From assembly GCA_039188945.1 (NCBI GenBank), contig JBCCYW010000004.1:2313-66312 (forward strand): a stretch of 64,000 nt of DNA. The letters are read 5' to 3'. This stretch comes from Patescibacteria group bacterium (lineage in GTDB: Bacteria; Patescibacteriota; Minisyncoccia; Phycocordibacterales; UBA918). The notes under the pieces are model-generated. The model was not told where the DNA came from, did not search any database, and worked only from the letters and a program-made list of their open reading frames with translations. The stretch's first letter is position 1, and every line of letters begins with the position of its first letter. The position numbers were made by a program, and so were the translations under genes. Of the stretch, positions 19,180-28,930 are shown piece after piece.

Positions 19180-21651
19180 CTATACAAACACAATACTCGC
19201 AATCGCGTCACCCGAGCGCATTTTCATCACCCGCACCCCTTGCGTATCGCGACCAAGTGATGGCACGTCTTTAATCGGCAACTTAATCACCTGTCCCTTC
19301 TTACTCATGATCACCAACTCACCTTCCTTGCGATCTTCGCCTGAGATCACGATGCCGCCCACAATCTTGCCGGTCTTATCGGTCACTTTAGCGGTCTTGA
19401 TACCAGACCCACCTCGTTTCTGTACTTTATATTCTTTAGCCGGCGTGGTCTTCCCGTAGCCATGTTCAGTCACCACCAGAATCTCTCGATCCTTCTCGCC
19501 CTTCTTAAAGACTTCGGCTGAAACCACTCCGTCGCCCTTCACGAGCTTCATGGCTGCGACTCCAGCAGCCGTGCGGCCCATTTGACGCACATCACCTTCT
19601 GCAAATCGGATAGCCTGACCACCTCGTGAGACCAAGCTCACCTCGTCACCCTTACCAACAAACTGCGCGGCAATCAGTGAGTCGCCACCCTTAAGGGTAA
19701 TTGCGATTAAGCCTGAACGACGAACGTCCTTAAACGCACTGGCGTCTGACTTTTTCGCCACGCCATTTTTGGTCACCATCATCAAGCCCCAATCACCTTC
19801 CCAATCATCCTTACGGACCGCCAACACTGAGGTCACTCGCTCTTCGCTCGTGAGCGCCAAGAAGTTAGCAATTGATTTACCCTTAGTTGCGCGACGGCCT
19901 TCCGGAATTTCGTACATCTTCGTGCTGTACACCTTGCCTTGATCAGTGAAGAACAGAAGATCGCTATGGGTAGAGGTCGTCAGAAGTGTCGTGACCACAT
20001 CTTCCTCTTTGGTATTCAAATCAACCACTCCAACGCCACCGCGCTTTTGCGTGCGGTATTCACTTGGGTTAGTGCGTTTCACATACCCACCTTGGGTTAG
20101 CACAAGCACCGATTCCTCATCTGGCACCAAGTCTTCCGGATTAATCTGCTTCACGCCACCTTTCACAATTTTGGTGCGACGATCATCACCGTATTTTTCT
20201 GCCACTTCAGCCAGTTCTTTCTTGATGAGCGTCAGCATTTTCTTCTTGCTCTTGAGGATTGATTCGAGTTCTTTAATGAGCGCCTGCACTTCTTTCAATT
20301 CATCCTCAATCTTCTTGCGCTCCAAGCCAGCGAGCTTCTGCAAGCGCATATCAAGAATTGCCTGCGCCTGGACGTCAGAGAACTTAAATTCCTTCATCAA
20401 CTTGGCGTGCGCTGTTGGCACATCTTTGGCAGCCCGAATCAGCTTGATGATTTTATCGATATGATCGAGCGCTTTCTTCAAACCAAGCAAGATATGCTCG
20501 CGATCTTTGGCCTTACCAAGATCGTACTCAGTGCGACGACGAACCACTTCTTGACGATGTTTGATGTATTCCTCAAGAATCGCCTTCAGCGATAACGTCT
20601 GAGGTACGCCGTCTACCAGCGCCACCATGTTGTAGTGGAAGGTTTCTTCCAACTGGGTGTGTTTGTAGAGTTTATTTAAAACCGTCTGCGGGTTCGCAGC
20701 CGACTTGAGGTCAATCACCACGCGAATATCAGCAGTTGATTCGTCTCGCATCTCCTTGATACCTTCAATTTTCTTATCGCGCACCAACATAGCGATCTTC
20801 TCCTGCATATCAGCTTTATTCACGCGGAACGGAATTGAGGTAATCACAATTGAGAACGCTCCTTTCTTGTCTTCCACAATCTCAGCTTCTCCGCGCACCT
20901 TCACACCACCCTTGCCGTTGGCGTAGGCATGCGCGATATCTTTTTGATTAAACGCAATCGCACCCATTGGAAAATCAGGGCCTTTCACAAATTTCAAAAG
21001 ATCATCGGTTGAGGCATCTGGATTATCAATGAGGTGATCAACTGCTTCGGCTACTTCTCGTAAGTTGTGCGGTGGGATGTTGGTCGCCATACCAACGGCG
21101 ATTCCAAGCTCTCCTTTCAAGAGTAAGTTGGGTACCGCTGCCGGCAACACGGTCGGCTCTTTCTTAGTGCCGTCAAAGTTTGGCCGCCAATCGACGGTAT
21201 CCTTCTCAAGGTCTCGCAACATCTCCTCAGCAATGCGAGACATCTTTGCTTCAGTATATCGATATGCCGCCGCTCCATCACCATCGATAGAACCAAAATT
21301 ACCTTGCCCAATCACCAGTGGGTAGCGAGTCGTAAATGGCTGAGCCAACTTCACCATCGATTCGTACACTGCGACATCACCATGCGGATGAAAGCTACCA
21401 AGTACGTCACCGACGACCGTCGCCGACTTTTTGAATTTCGCTGAAGCAGTGAGACCGTTTAAACGCATTGAGTATAAAATTCGGCGATGCACTGGCTTGA
21501 GGCCATCGCGCACGTCAGGCAACGCTCGTGAGGTGATCACGCTCATGGCGTAATCAAGGTATGCCGTCTCCATTTCTGAGGTGATATTTTGAGTCACAAT
21601 GCCTCGTTCTGGCTCAATTGAGGCGTCTTCTTTGACGGTCTTTTTAGGCAT
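19180..21651 (-). CDS. gyrA: DNA gyrase subunit A
   Basis: [21 protein letters not shown], GyrA-box QKRGGVG, beta-pinwheel repeats. Confidence 0.97.
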   Translation of the reverse strand: MPKKTVKEDASIEPERGIVTQNITSEMETAYLDYAMSVITSRALPDVRDGLKPVHRRILYSMRLNGLTASAKFKKSATVVGDVLGSFHPHGDVAVYESMVKLAQPFTTRYPLVIGQGNFGSIDGDGAAAYRYTEAKMSRIAEEMLRDLEKDTVDWRPNFDGTKKEPTVLPAAVPNLLLKGELGIAVGMATNIPPHNLREVAEAVDHLIDNPDASTDDLLKFVKGPDFPMGAIAFNQKDIAHAYANGKGGVKVRGEAEIVEDKKGAFSIVITSIPFRVNKADMQEKIAMLVRDKKIEGIKEMRDESTADIRVVIDLKSAANPQTVLNKLYKHTQLEETFHYNMVALVDGVPQTLSLKAILEEYIKHRQEVVRRRTEYDLGKAKDREHILLGLKKALDHIDKIIKLIRAAKDVPTAHAKLMKEFKFSDVQAQAILDMRLQKLAGLERKKIEDELKEVQALIKELESILKSKKKMLTLIKKELAEVAEKYGDDRRTKIVKGGVKQINPEDLVPDEESVLVLTQGGYVKRTNPSEYRTQKRGGVGVVDLNTKEEDVVTTLLTTSTHSDLLFFTDQGKVYSTKMYEIPEGRRATKGKSIANFLALTSEERVTSVLAVRKDDWEGDWGLMMVTKNGVAKKSDASAFKDVRRSGLIAITLKGGDSLIAAQFVGKGDEVSLVSRGGQAIRFAEGDVRQMGRTAAGVAAMKLVKGDGVVSAEVFKKGEKDREILVVTEHGYGKTTPAKEYKVQKRGGSGIKTAKVTDKTGKIVGGIVISGEDRKEGELVIMSKKGQVIKLPIKDVPSLGRDTQGVRVMKMRSGDAIASIVFV

Positions 21652-21696
21652 GGCTGATGAGGATAATAGTCTTAAAGTAGGCGCTAGTATAGCACA

Positions 21697-22113
21697 TTAT
21701 TGCCCAGTTGTGGTGGCTTGGGACGTCGTACCGATCAGCACTGTTCGCACGGTTACAGAACTGGTGGATCGCTCAGTAACCTGTTCGATCGTTTCTGGTG
21801 CTAGCTCCAAATCACTCGCGTCGGGCAATGGCTCTCGGATGGGCTCAGGCAACTCTTGGATGGTGGTCGTTGGCTCAGATCCTACCCACAGATCACCAAA
21901 TTCTTCTTTGGCCTGCTTCCACATATTTGAAAAAGCAGGCGCTGCCTCTATCACCTCGGCCGTCTGGGTTGCAGTATTGTTACTAAAGCTGGCAGCGGTT
22001 GCTACAAACCATACAAGTGCTACTAACGCAGTAACACTACCCGCCCCAATCAGCGCAATGCGACTTTTTTGTTCTTTAGGTTTTTGACGCAACCGGTCAA
22101 GCGTCTTCCACAT
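21697..22113 (-). CDS. Hypothetical single-TM protein
   Basis: LRQKP motif + TM helix, packed between MBL gene and gyrA. Confidence 0.75.
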   Translation of the reverse strand: MWKTLDRLRQKPKEQKSRIALIGAGSVTALVALVWFVATAASFSNNTATQTAEVIEAAPAFSNMWKQAKEEFGDLWVGSEPTTTIQELPEPIREPLPDASDLELAPETIEQVTERSTSSVTVRTVLIGTTSQATTTGQ

Positions 22114-22116
22114 ACG

Positions 22117-22737
22117 CTAGCTCTTAAGTACTACTAACTCACCAGTCATCACACTGACATCCTTTTTCTTGATGGTGAGTTTCTCTTGCGGTTTGGTACT
22201 CTCGGCACCCTCTTCTTTAAGAAACGCCTTGAGTGCTTTATCGTCGTAGTGCATTGGGATGACTAGTTTTGCTTCGAGTTTAACAGCCAACTTGGATGCC
22301 TGTGGCACCTCAAGCACATCGCCACCACCGATTGGTACAAAGAGGACGTCGATATCTCCGAGCTCACCAAGAATCTTAGCGTCAATATCTGGTTCACTGA
22401 GCGCACCCAGGAAGACCAGATTCATCCCTTCGAGGTTGATTTGGTAGATCGTATTGAACCGTTCCTCTTTGTCGTAGGTGGTTTTTACCCCAAAACCTCG
22501 TCCGGTTACTTCACCAATTTCGTATTCGCCAGGACCATCAATCACAAATGGCTGCTTGTTGCCATGCGCTACTTGTTCAGCGCCGGCAAAATTTGGGTGT
22601 CGGAGCGAGATAAACGCCACATCAGCCCCAAATTTTGCCGGTGTGAGCTTACTTTTCTTAGAAATCGGGTCAAACGCCACTGTAGTATCGCCATATACCA
22701 CCTTAAAACACTGACCGCCGTGATACGTAATTATCAT
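22117..22737 (-). CDS. MBL-fold (Lactamase_B_3-like) protein, metal ligands degenerate
   Basis: ITYHGGQCF, DP, GPGEYE, IDVLFVPIGG, VIPMHY. Confidence 0.85.
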   Translation of the reverse strand: MIITYHGGQCFKVVYGDTTVAFDPISKKSKLTPAKFGADVAFISLRHPNFAGAEQVAHGNKQPFVIDGPGEYEIGEVTGRGFGVKTTYDKEERFNTIYQINLEGMNLVFLGALSEPDIDAKILGELGDIDVLFVPIGGGDVLEVPQASKLAVKLEAKLVIPMHYDDKALKAFLKEEGAESTKPQEKLTIKKKDVSVMTGELVVLKS

Positions 22738-22844
22738 AGTGGCGTCATGATAACAGAAAGACCAGTCTGTGCGAAGCGGCTCTAATCATGTAAGAACCTC
22801 GACAAAGTTAGAAGTACGTGTAATGATCCTACTAGTAAAGCGAA

Positions 22845-23120
22845 TACATAGTAGCTGTGAGTCAGTCGATGGTTGAGCTCCAACATACGATGCGATCGTG
22901 TATGTGATAGCGTCGTGGACGCTCTCACGCTAACAAGTATCAGCTACTACCATCTGGCAGCTTGCCGCGGGAGCTGCAAAGTCAAACATGCCAGATGAAG
23001 AGAGAGGTATCGTTTCAGGGTCTCCGGAATAGGTACAAGGCCTGAATAAAATAGGGCGTCGGGACATGAAACCTTCCTCTCTGCACTGGACTCGGTGGTA
23101 TTGCCACCGAGTCCAGATCT
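22845..23120 (+). ncRNA. Candidate ~275 nt structured ncRNA (A)
   Basis: Abutting helical domains 22849-57/22941-49, 22951-59/22989-97, 23001-07/23076-82, terminal hairpin 23086-23116; no ORF. Confidence 0.55.
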
Positions 23121-23175
23121 ATTTTAGATTGAGAAATAAGTTTTTAATACCAATTAAATTGTCATACCAAAATAC

Positions 23176-23203
23176 TTGACAAAATTTTTATATATGATAA
23201 TAT
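23176..23203 (+). promoter_or_regulatory. Sigma70 promoter
   Basis: TTGACA-N16-TAATAT with TG extension. Confidence 0.65.
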
Positions 23204-23209
23204 GTTGAT

Positions 23210-23390
23210 AGTTACAAGTCCTTCGTCGTCGGCAACTGGGCAGTATTTCTCCGCCCAACCGCCGTCGACTTAGAATTCTGCGTCTTAGCGTTCATCGCCT
23301 GAGACGCAACCCCTCGCTGCGGCGAGGAACACCCGGGCTCCGAAGTGAAATGCTGTCCCTCCCTCTGACAGCGTCACTTCGGGGCCATTA
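23210..23390 (+). ncRNA. Candidate ~180 nt structured ncRNA (B)
   Basis: Four GC-rich hairpins directly after the promoter; no ORF. Confidence 0.5.
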
Positions 23391-23551
23391 TGTATTTACA
23401 CTATCGACAAATCAACCTTTTTATACTAGTATTGCGCCACCTTTACGGAGGTTTATCAATTTCTAGCGGCACACGATTAGCCCCGCGCTCACGGACATGG
23501 CCATGAGCAACAGTTGCGCGGACCCGTGTCGTCGGAATTAACAGTAATCAT

Positions 23552-24712
23552 ATGAGCAATGAATCTAGCGCGGTACTTGACCGTGCAGAGCTAGCGACCG
23601 ACGTCGCTCCAACTACGCCCGAAGTGGCCGTAGCACCAACTCCTACCATGGGAGACATGCAGCACATTCTCACTGAAGCGCCTATGGCACCACAGCCAGG
23701 TCAGCTGATTGAGGGTACCGTATCTGCAATCGGGCGCGCCCGCGTCTACATCGACCTACCACCTTTTGGTACTGGTCTGATTTTTGGTCGTGAATACATG
23801 AACGCGCGTGATATTTTGCGCAAAGTATCAGTTGGCGACACCATTGCCGCCAAGGTAGTGGAAACCGAAAACAAAGACGGTTACGTAGAACTATCCCTCA
23901 AGGAAGCTCGTCAGGCACTGATCTGGGCTGACGCTGAAGCAGCGGTGAAGAGTCAGGCAGTGATGAGTCTTGAAGTGAAGGAAGCCAACAAAGGTGGTCT
24001 TATCCTCGATTGGCAGGGTATTTCTGGCTTCTTGCCGGCCTCACAGCTCTCAGCTGAGAATTACCCTCGCGTGGCTGATGGTGATAAGGACAAGATTCTC
24101 ACGGAGCTCAATAACCTCATTGGTCAGCAGCTCAATGTGATCATCATCACGGCCGATCAGAAAGAACACAAGCTCATCTTCTCTGAAAAGGGACCACAGG
24201 AAAAAGAAGAGAAGGAGCAGAAAGTTGGTAAGTACGAAGTTGGTGATGTCCTCTCAGGAGAAGTTACCGGTGCTGTCGACTTTGGTGTCTTTGTAAAGAT
24301 TGAATCAGGCTTAGAAGGTTTGGTGCACATCTCTGAGCTCGACTGGGGCTTGGTGGAAGACACCCGTAGCCTCTACAAAGTTGGCGATAGCGTCCAGGTT
24401 AAGGTGATTGAAGTGAAAGACGACAAGATTTCTCTCTCTATCAAGCAACTCAAGGAGAACCCGTGGGAGCTAGCGGCCAAGAAGTACAAGAAAGATCAGA
24501 CTGTCAATGGTGTCGTGATTAAGTTCAACAAGCACGGTGCCTTGGCCTCAATCGAGGAGGGGGTCGCTGGTTTGGTCCATATCTCTGAATTTGAAAGTGA
24601 GGAAGCAATGAAGAATGAACTCTCACTTGGTAGCGTGAAGTCATTTAAGATTACGCTCTTCGAGCCAAATGAGCAGCGCATGACGCTCTCATATAAAGAA
24701 GCGCAGTCGTAA
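23552..24712 (+). CDS. rpsA: Ribosomal protein bS1 (four S1 domains)
   Basis: LSLKEA, NKGGL...GFLPASQL, DFGVFV...EGLVHISEL; terminator 24731-24770. Confidence 0.92.
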   Translation: MSNESSAVLDRAELATDVAPTTPEVAVAPTPTMGDMQHILTEAPMAPQPGQLIEGTVSAIGRARVYIDLPPFGTGLIFGREYMNARDILRKVSVGDTIAAKVVETENKDGYVELSLKEARQALIWADAEAAVKSQAVMSLEVKEANKGGLILDWQGISGFLPASQLSAENYPRVADGDKDKILTELNNLIGQQLNVIIITADQKEHKLIFSEKGPQEKEEKEQKVGKYEVGDVLSGEVTGAVDFGVFVKIESGLEGLVHISELDWGLVEDTRSLYKVGDSVQVKVIEVKDDKISLSIKQLKENPWELAAKKYKKDQTVNGVVIKFNKHGALASIEEGVAGLVHISEFESEEAMKNELSLGSVKSFKITLFEPNEQRMTLSYKEAQS

Positions 24713-24869
24713 TCGCTCTAGCAATTACGAAGCACGAAAAAATCCGGCACCAGCCGGATTTTTTCGTGCTTATACGTACATATAAAACTAGAGACATTGA
24801 CAAAATAATTATTTGTTTTATTTTAATAAAGGCAATTTTGCCGAGAGCACCACCCAAAAGGAGATAGAG

Positions 24870-25253
24870 ATGCTCAAGTACCTAAACAAAAACCGCATTA
24901 GCCCGCAACGCCGCTGCCTGGTGTTCGGCCAAACGCATGTAGTCGTGTACATCCCTAAGCCTGAGGATCAGGATGGCGGTCTGGAGACACATCTCATGTT
25001 CACCATTACACGTGACCGCAAGGACACGAGTAAGTTCTTCATCTGCACCCACGAGTCCATGCCAAGATCTTCTGGTGGCGGGAACAGCTATGTGGTTCAC
25101 GCTGGCGATTGGACGATGATCGACTTCTCGGATCCAGGCTATGAGGAGCACTCTGTGGTCGTCATGATCGATTCTGACGGGACCGATTATTTCCTGACCT
25201 ACCAGGACGCCGCTGCTTGGGACCAGAAGAACGGCCAAAGCTTCGCGGTCTGA
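24870..25253 (+). CDS. Hypothetical protein
   Basis: TTGACA promoter and AAGGAG SD before ATG 24870. Confidence 0.7.
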   Translation: MLKYLNKNRISPQRRCLVFGQTHVVVYIPKPEDQDGGLETHLMFTITRDRKDTSKFFICTHESMPRSSGGGNSYVVHAGDWTMIDFSDPGYEEHSVVVMIDSDGTDYFLTYQDAAAWDQKNGQSFAV

Positions 25254-25345
25254 GCAGCACGAAACGTTGGCGGGTATACTACAGAGAAATGTCTCGTCGC
25301 TGAAACCTTTTGCCGCCCCTCGTATTGCACGAGCGGGCGGCGTAA

Positions 25346-25933
25346 CTAATTATATTTGTTCATCGCGGCCTCAGGGCCGTTTTTTAGTACTTCCTCGATC
25401 GCTAGACGAGCAGTTTCATAGACTTCTGGCAATTTCCCTCGCTCCAACATGCCAAATGGTTTTAAGACAAACCGCTCCAACGCTCCCCCGCCCGCTGGCC
25501 GTTGCTGCTCACCAGTCCAAAAACTCTTTGGCGCAATCCCAATCCGAATCCGCACAAAGTCTTTACTACCCAGCTTCTCAATAATTGATTTGATGCCGTT
25601 GTTCCCCCCGGCTCCGCGACCCTTTCCCACCTTCACCTGCCCAAGCGGCAAATCGATATCATCATGCACGACAATTAGCTTAGAAACTTCGCCTTTTGGC
25701 ACCATCTTTATGACCGCTGAGCCAGAATTATTCATATAGGTATCTGGGTACAGTACTTGTACGTACTCCTCCCCCACTTTTCCTTCAGTTGTGCGACCAC
25801 TAGACGATTTTTCTTCAATCAAACTCGGCAGATTCCACGCCTGCAGCGCCAAATCAAGCGCCTGCCATCCAACATTGTGCCGCGTGTTGGCGTACTTATC
25901 TCCTGGATTACCGAGTCCTACTATATAAAACAT
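25346..25933 (-). CDS. pth: Peptidyl-tRNA hydrolase
   Basis: IVGLGNPG, TRHNVG, TYMNNSG, VVHDDIDL, RIRIGI. Confidence 0.96.
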   Translation of the reverse strand: MFYIVGLGNPGDKYANTRHNVGWQALDLALQAWNLPSLIEEKSSSGRTTEGKVGEEYVQVLYPDTYMNNSGSAVIKMVPKGEVSKLIVVHDDIDLPLGQVKVGKGRGAGGNNGIKSIIEKLGSKDFVRIRIGIAPKSFWTGEQQRPAGGGALERFVLKPFGMLERGKLPEVYETARLAIEEVLKNGPEAAMNKYN

Positions 25934-25935
25934 AT

Positions 25936-26123
25936 TACAGAGTATAGTACATTCGTTTCTTACGAGATTTCAATATTCGTTGCACAAAGTGACATGGTAC
26001 ATACTCAGCCCCTCCTATTGGCTCATAAACATCGCCAATTATCGACTATCGTCGATACCAGAGAAAAAGTAAAGCAGTTTACTTTTTCTCCTGGATTACC
26101 AAGTCCGACTATGTAATGCATAT
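25936..26123 (-). mobile_element. Miniature insert with divergent duplicate of pth 5' end
   Basis: 26087-26123 vs 25899-25935 identical at 32/37 (MHYIVGLGNPGE vs MFYIVGLGNPGD); CTGC-loop hairpin homologous to the tRNA-Tyr insert. Confidence 0.65.
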
Positions 26124-26204
26124 CTAGTACGACTATCTTACCTTACGTGAGTAACGTCGAGCAATTTTGTAACCTTGCGCAGACGTAAATGTATACACTG
26201 TTTT

Positions 26205-26276
26205 ATGGACTGCATGAATGATTTTCGGAGGGCGGTGTTGGGGCGGTGGGCGTAGAAAATTATTTATGCAGTCCAT
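26205..26276. repeat. 22-bp imperfect inverted repeat around a G-rich loop
   Basis: ATGGACTGCATGAATGATTTTC ... GAAAATTATTTATGCAGTCCAT. Confidence 0.7.
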
Positions 26277-26345
26277 TTATAAAACTTTAAACGAAAATTT
26301 GTGCGTGCCTTTCATTTCGATTATACTAGTGGAAATTGTACGACT

Positions 26346-27005
26346 ATGAGCACTCCTCACGACAACCACTCGACTGAATTCAACACTCCCCTTCAGTCAC
26401 CAGAGTCTGTCGCAGTAACTACTCCACAACCCGAAGAAAAAGAAGAGCATCCACTTGTCGAAATCATTCGTTTCTCAATTATCGCACTCATTATTGTGAT
26501 TCCGATTCGCATGTTTGTCGCGCAACCCTTCATTGTCTCGGGAGCTTCGATGGACGACACCTTTCATAGTGGCGAATATCTCATTGTCGACCAAGTTACC
26601 TATCAATTTGAGGAGCCGCAACGTGGAGATGTGGTAATTTTCCGCTTCCCGAAGGATCCTTCAAAGTTCTTTATTAAGCGGGTGATCGCCATTCCTGGTG
26701 ATACGATTGAAATCAGTGGTACAGAAGTAAAACTCATCAATGAAACGTACCCGGGTGGGCTGGTTTTGGACGAACCATACATAAAGAGTATGCGTCCAGG
26801 ACCAGCCACCTCGGAAACCCTTGGTGAGCGAGAGTATTTTGTGATGGGAGATAACCGTGACGAGAGTTCAGATTCTCGAGCTTGGGGACTGGTGCAAGAA
26901 GACCAAATTATTGGTCGCGCCTTTTTGCGCCTCTTCCCACCAACCGAGCTTGATTATCTACCTGGCGAAGCGATGATTACTGGTGAAGAAGTTATTCGTA
27001 ATTAG
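26346..27005 (+). CDS. lepB: Signal peptidase I
   Basis: VSGASM, RGDVVIF, FIKRVI, YFVMGDNR..S.DSR. Confidence 0.95.
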   Translation: MSTPHDNHSTEFNTPLQSPESVAVTTPQPEEKEEHPLVEIIRFSIIALIIVIPIRMFVAQPFIVSGASMDDTFHSGEYLIVDQVTYQFEEPQRGDVVIFRFPKDPSKFFIKRVIAIPGDTIEISGTEVKLINETYPGGLVLDEPYIKSMRPGPATSETLGEREYFVMGDNRDESSDSRAWGLVQEDQIIGRAFLRLFPPTELDYLPGEAMITGEEVIRN

Positions 27006-27014
27006 TTCTACGTT

Positions 27015-28187
27015 ATGAGCACCACCCCAACAGAGTTCCTTAAGTTAGCCGCTGAAACCGCAGAGCATTTTGGTTTTCGGAGTGTCGATGAGTTAAAGAA
27101 GAATCCAGCCTGTAAGGGGTGTCAAACCTCCCTCACCCACAACGCCGGAGCAATCGATCGTCGTATCGACTCTCTGCATGGCCTCCTGACTGCCGGCATC
27201 AATAACTATTGCGATTCAAAACTTAATGGCTTTGAGGGTCCAGTTCTCTTTTATAACGTTGAACAAGTTCCTCGCTCAGGTGAAGCCGCTATTGGGCTCC
27301 AGATTTTTAATGTTGAGAAAAGTATCGCTGAAGCACTACTCATTCAGGCTACTCGCGCCCTTATGAATGACCTAGGACACACGAATCACTACGTACGAGT
27401 AAATACGGTTGGTGACAGCGATTCTGCTACTCGCTACAATCGAGAACTCACCAACTTCCTAAAAAAGCGCCTCGATCTTATGCCACCAACCGCTCGGGAG
27501 CTGATGAAAGAGCATCCGTATGAAGTACTTTCGCATTTAGTAGAAAAGGAACACGAGCTAGCTCTCAAGAGTCCGAACTCACTTGAATACCTCAGCGACC
27601 CGAGTCGTAAGCACTTCCGCGAGATCATTGAATATCTCGACATGAGCGAGACACCTTATGAAATTGATCCGAAGATGCTTGGGCACTACGATTGTTACTC
27701 TGAAGCCCTGTTCTCAATCGAGCTTATGGACGAGGAAGAGAATCGGCTCACCAACGCTCCTGTAGTAGCACGTGGTGGTCGCTATGACACCTTTGTGCAT
27801 CGTAATACCCGCCGCAAAATCCCGGCGGCTGGTGCAGTGGTGATCTTGCGTGAGAAAAAAGCCCCGTCGCGAGCTCCGAAAGTAAAGCTCGGCACCCCTT
27901 CTGTGTATGTAGTACAACTCGGCTTTGGCCCCAAAATCCGTTCCCTGATGATTATTGATGAATTGCGTCGCGCTGGTATTCCGGTGCTGCAAGATCTCGC
28001 CAGCGACTCACTCTCAGCCCAGCTACGAGATGCTGAAGCACGAGGTGTGAGACATACCATAATTGTTGGCCAAAAAGAATTTGTGGAGAACAATGTTATC
28101 TTGCGAGACATGAACGAACGCAACCAGGAACAGATTCCCGTTGACGCACTGGTACGAAGATTGAAGCGACAAGCAGTGGTCGCGTAG
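27015..28187 (+). CDS. HisRS-like protein, catalytic motifs degenerate, anticodon-binding domain retained
   Basis: GGRYD, NTVGD..S..RY, C-terminal HGTP domain (LSAQLRDA...IIVGQKE...VILRDM); motif 2/3 and RGLDYY absent. Confidence 0.75.
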   Translation: MSTTPTEFLKLAAETAEHFGFRSVDELKKNPACKGCQTSLTHNAGAIDRRIDSLHGLLTAGINNYCDSKLNGFEGPVLFYNVEQVPRSGEAAIGLQIFNVEKSIAEALLIQATRALMNDLGHTNHYVRVNTVGDSDSATRYNRELTNFLKKRLDLMPPTARELMKEHPYEVLSHLVEKEHELALKSPNSLEYLSDPSRKHFREIIEYLDMSETPYEIDPKMLGHYDCYSEALFSIELMDEEENRLTNAPVVARGGRYDTFVHRNTRRKIPAAGAVVILREKKAPSRAPKVKLGTPSVYVVQLGFGPKIRSLMIIDELRRAGIPVLQDLASDSLSAQLRDAEARGVRHTIIVGQKEFVENNVILRDMNERNQEQIPVDALVRRLKRQAVVA

Positions 28188-28231
28188 TAGCTTGCGGTTT
28201 TGCGCCTAGAATGCTATATTTTTGCCCACTT

Positions 28232-28471
28232 ATGGCAAGAAATGTAGAAGTAACGAAGAACCAAAACGAAAGCACAGCTAATGTGATTCGCCGGTTCACA
28301 AAGCGAATGCAAGGTTCGGGCATTGTTCCGCGTATGCGGGGCGCTCGCTACTTCTCGCGCACCAAGAGTCGCAATGTCCAAAAGGACGCCCGGCTAAAAA
28401 AGCTAGAGAAGAAAGAGCGATACGAAACTCTCCTCAAGCTCGGTAAAGTCCAGGATCATCGACGACGATAA
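28232..28471 (+). CDS. rpsU: Ribosomal protein bS21-like
   Basis: VEV.K..NES...IRRFTKRMQ.SG. Confidence 0.7.
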   Translation: MARNVEVTKNQNESTANVIRRFTKRMQGSGIVPRMRGARYFSRTKSRNVQKDARLKKLEKKERYETLLKLGKVQDHRRR

Positions 28472-28526
28472 ACATCCATCCATCTGCGGATGGTGTTTTT
28501 CGTTTACCCCATGCTAAGCTCTACTT

Positions 28527-28904
28527 ATGTCTGTATCTATCGCTAGCAGCGTCAAGTCGTACCCTCGCCACAACTACGCAATAATGGCTGAAGATATTCT
28601 CGGTAAGCGCTATGACGTCTCGCTCGTGTTTGTTGGCACCAAGCGAGCCCAATCACTTAATATTCAGTACCGAAACAAGTCGTATACACCAAACGTCCTA
28701 TCCTTTCCGCTGAGTAACGAACAGGGAGAGATCTATATCTGTCCATCGGCCGCTAAAGCGCAAGCTAAGGACTTCACGATGAGCGAACGCGAATATATAG
28801 CGTTTCTATTTATCCACGGGTGCCTCCATTTGAAAGGACATACTCACGGGGCTACAATGGAGAAAGCGGAGCAACGGTATTTCAAGAAATATTTCCGCCG
28901 CTAA
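28527..28904 (+). CDS. ybeY: rRNA maturation endoribonuclease YbeY
   Basis: LN..YR.K...NVLSFP, GEIYI, IHGCLHLKGH.H. Confidence 0.92.
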   Translation: MSVSIASSVKSYPRHNYAIMAEDILGKRYDVSLVFVGTKRAQSLNIQYRNKSYTPNVLSFPLSNEQGEIYICPSAAKAQAKDFTMSEREYIAFLFIHGCLHLKGHTHGATMEKAEQRYFKKYFRR

Positions 28905-28930
28905 AGCGCAAGACCCGCGTTACGTTTTTT

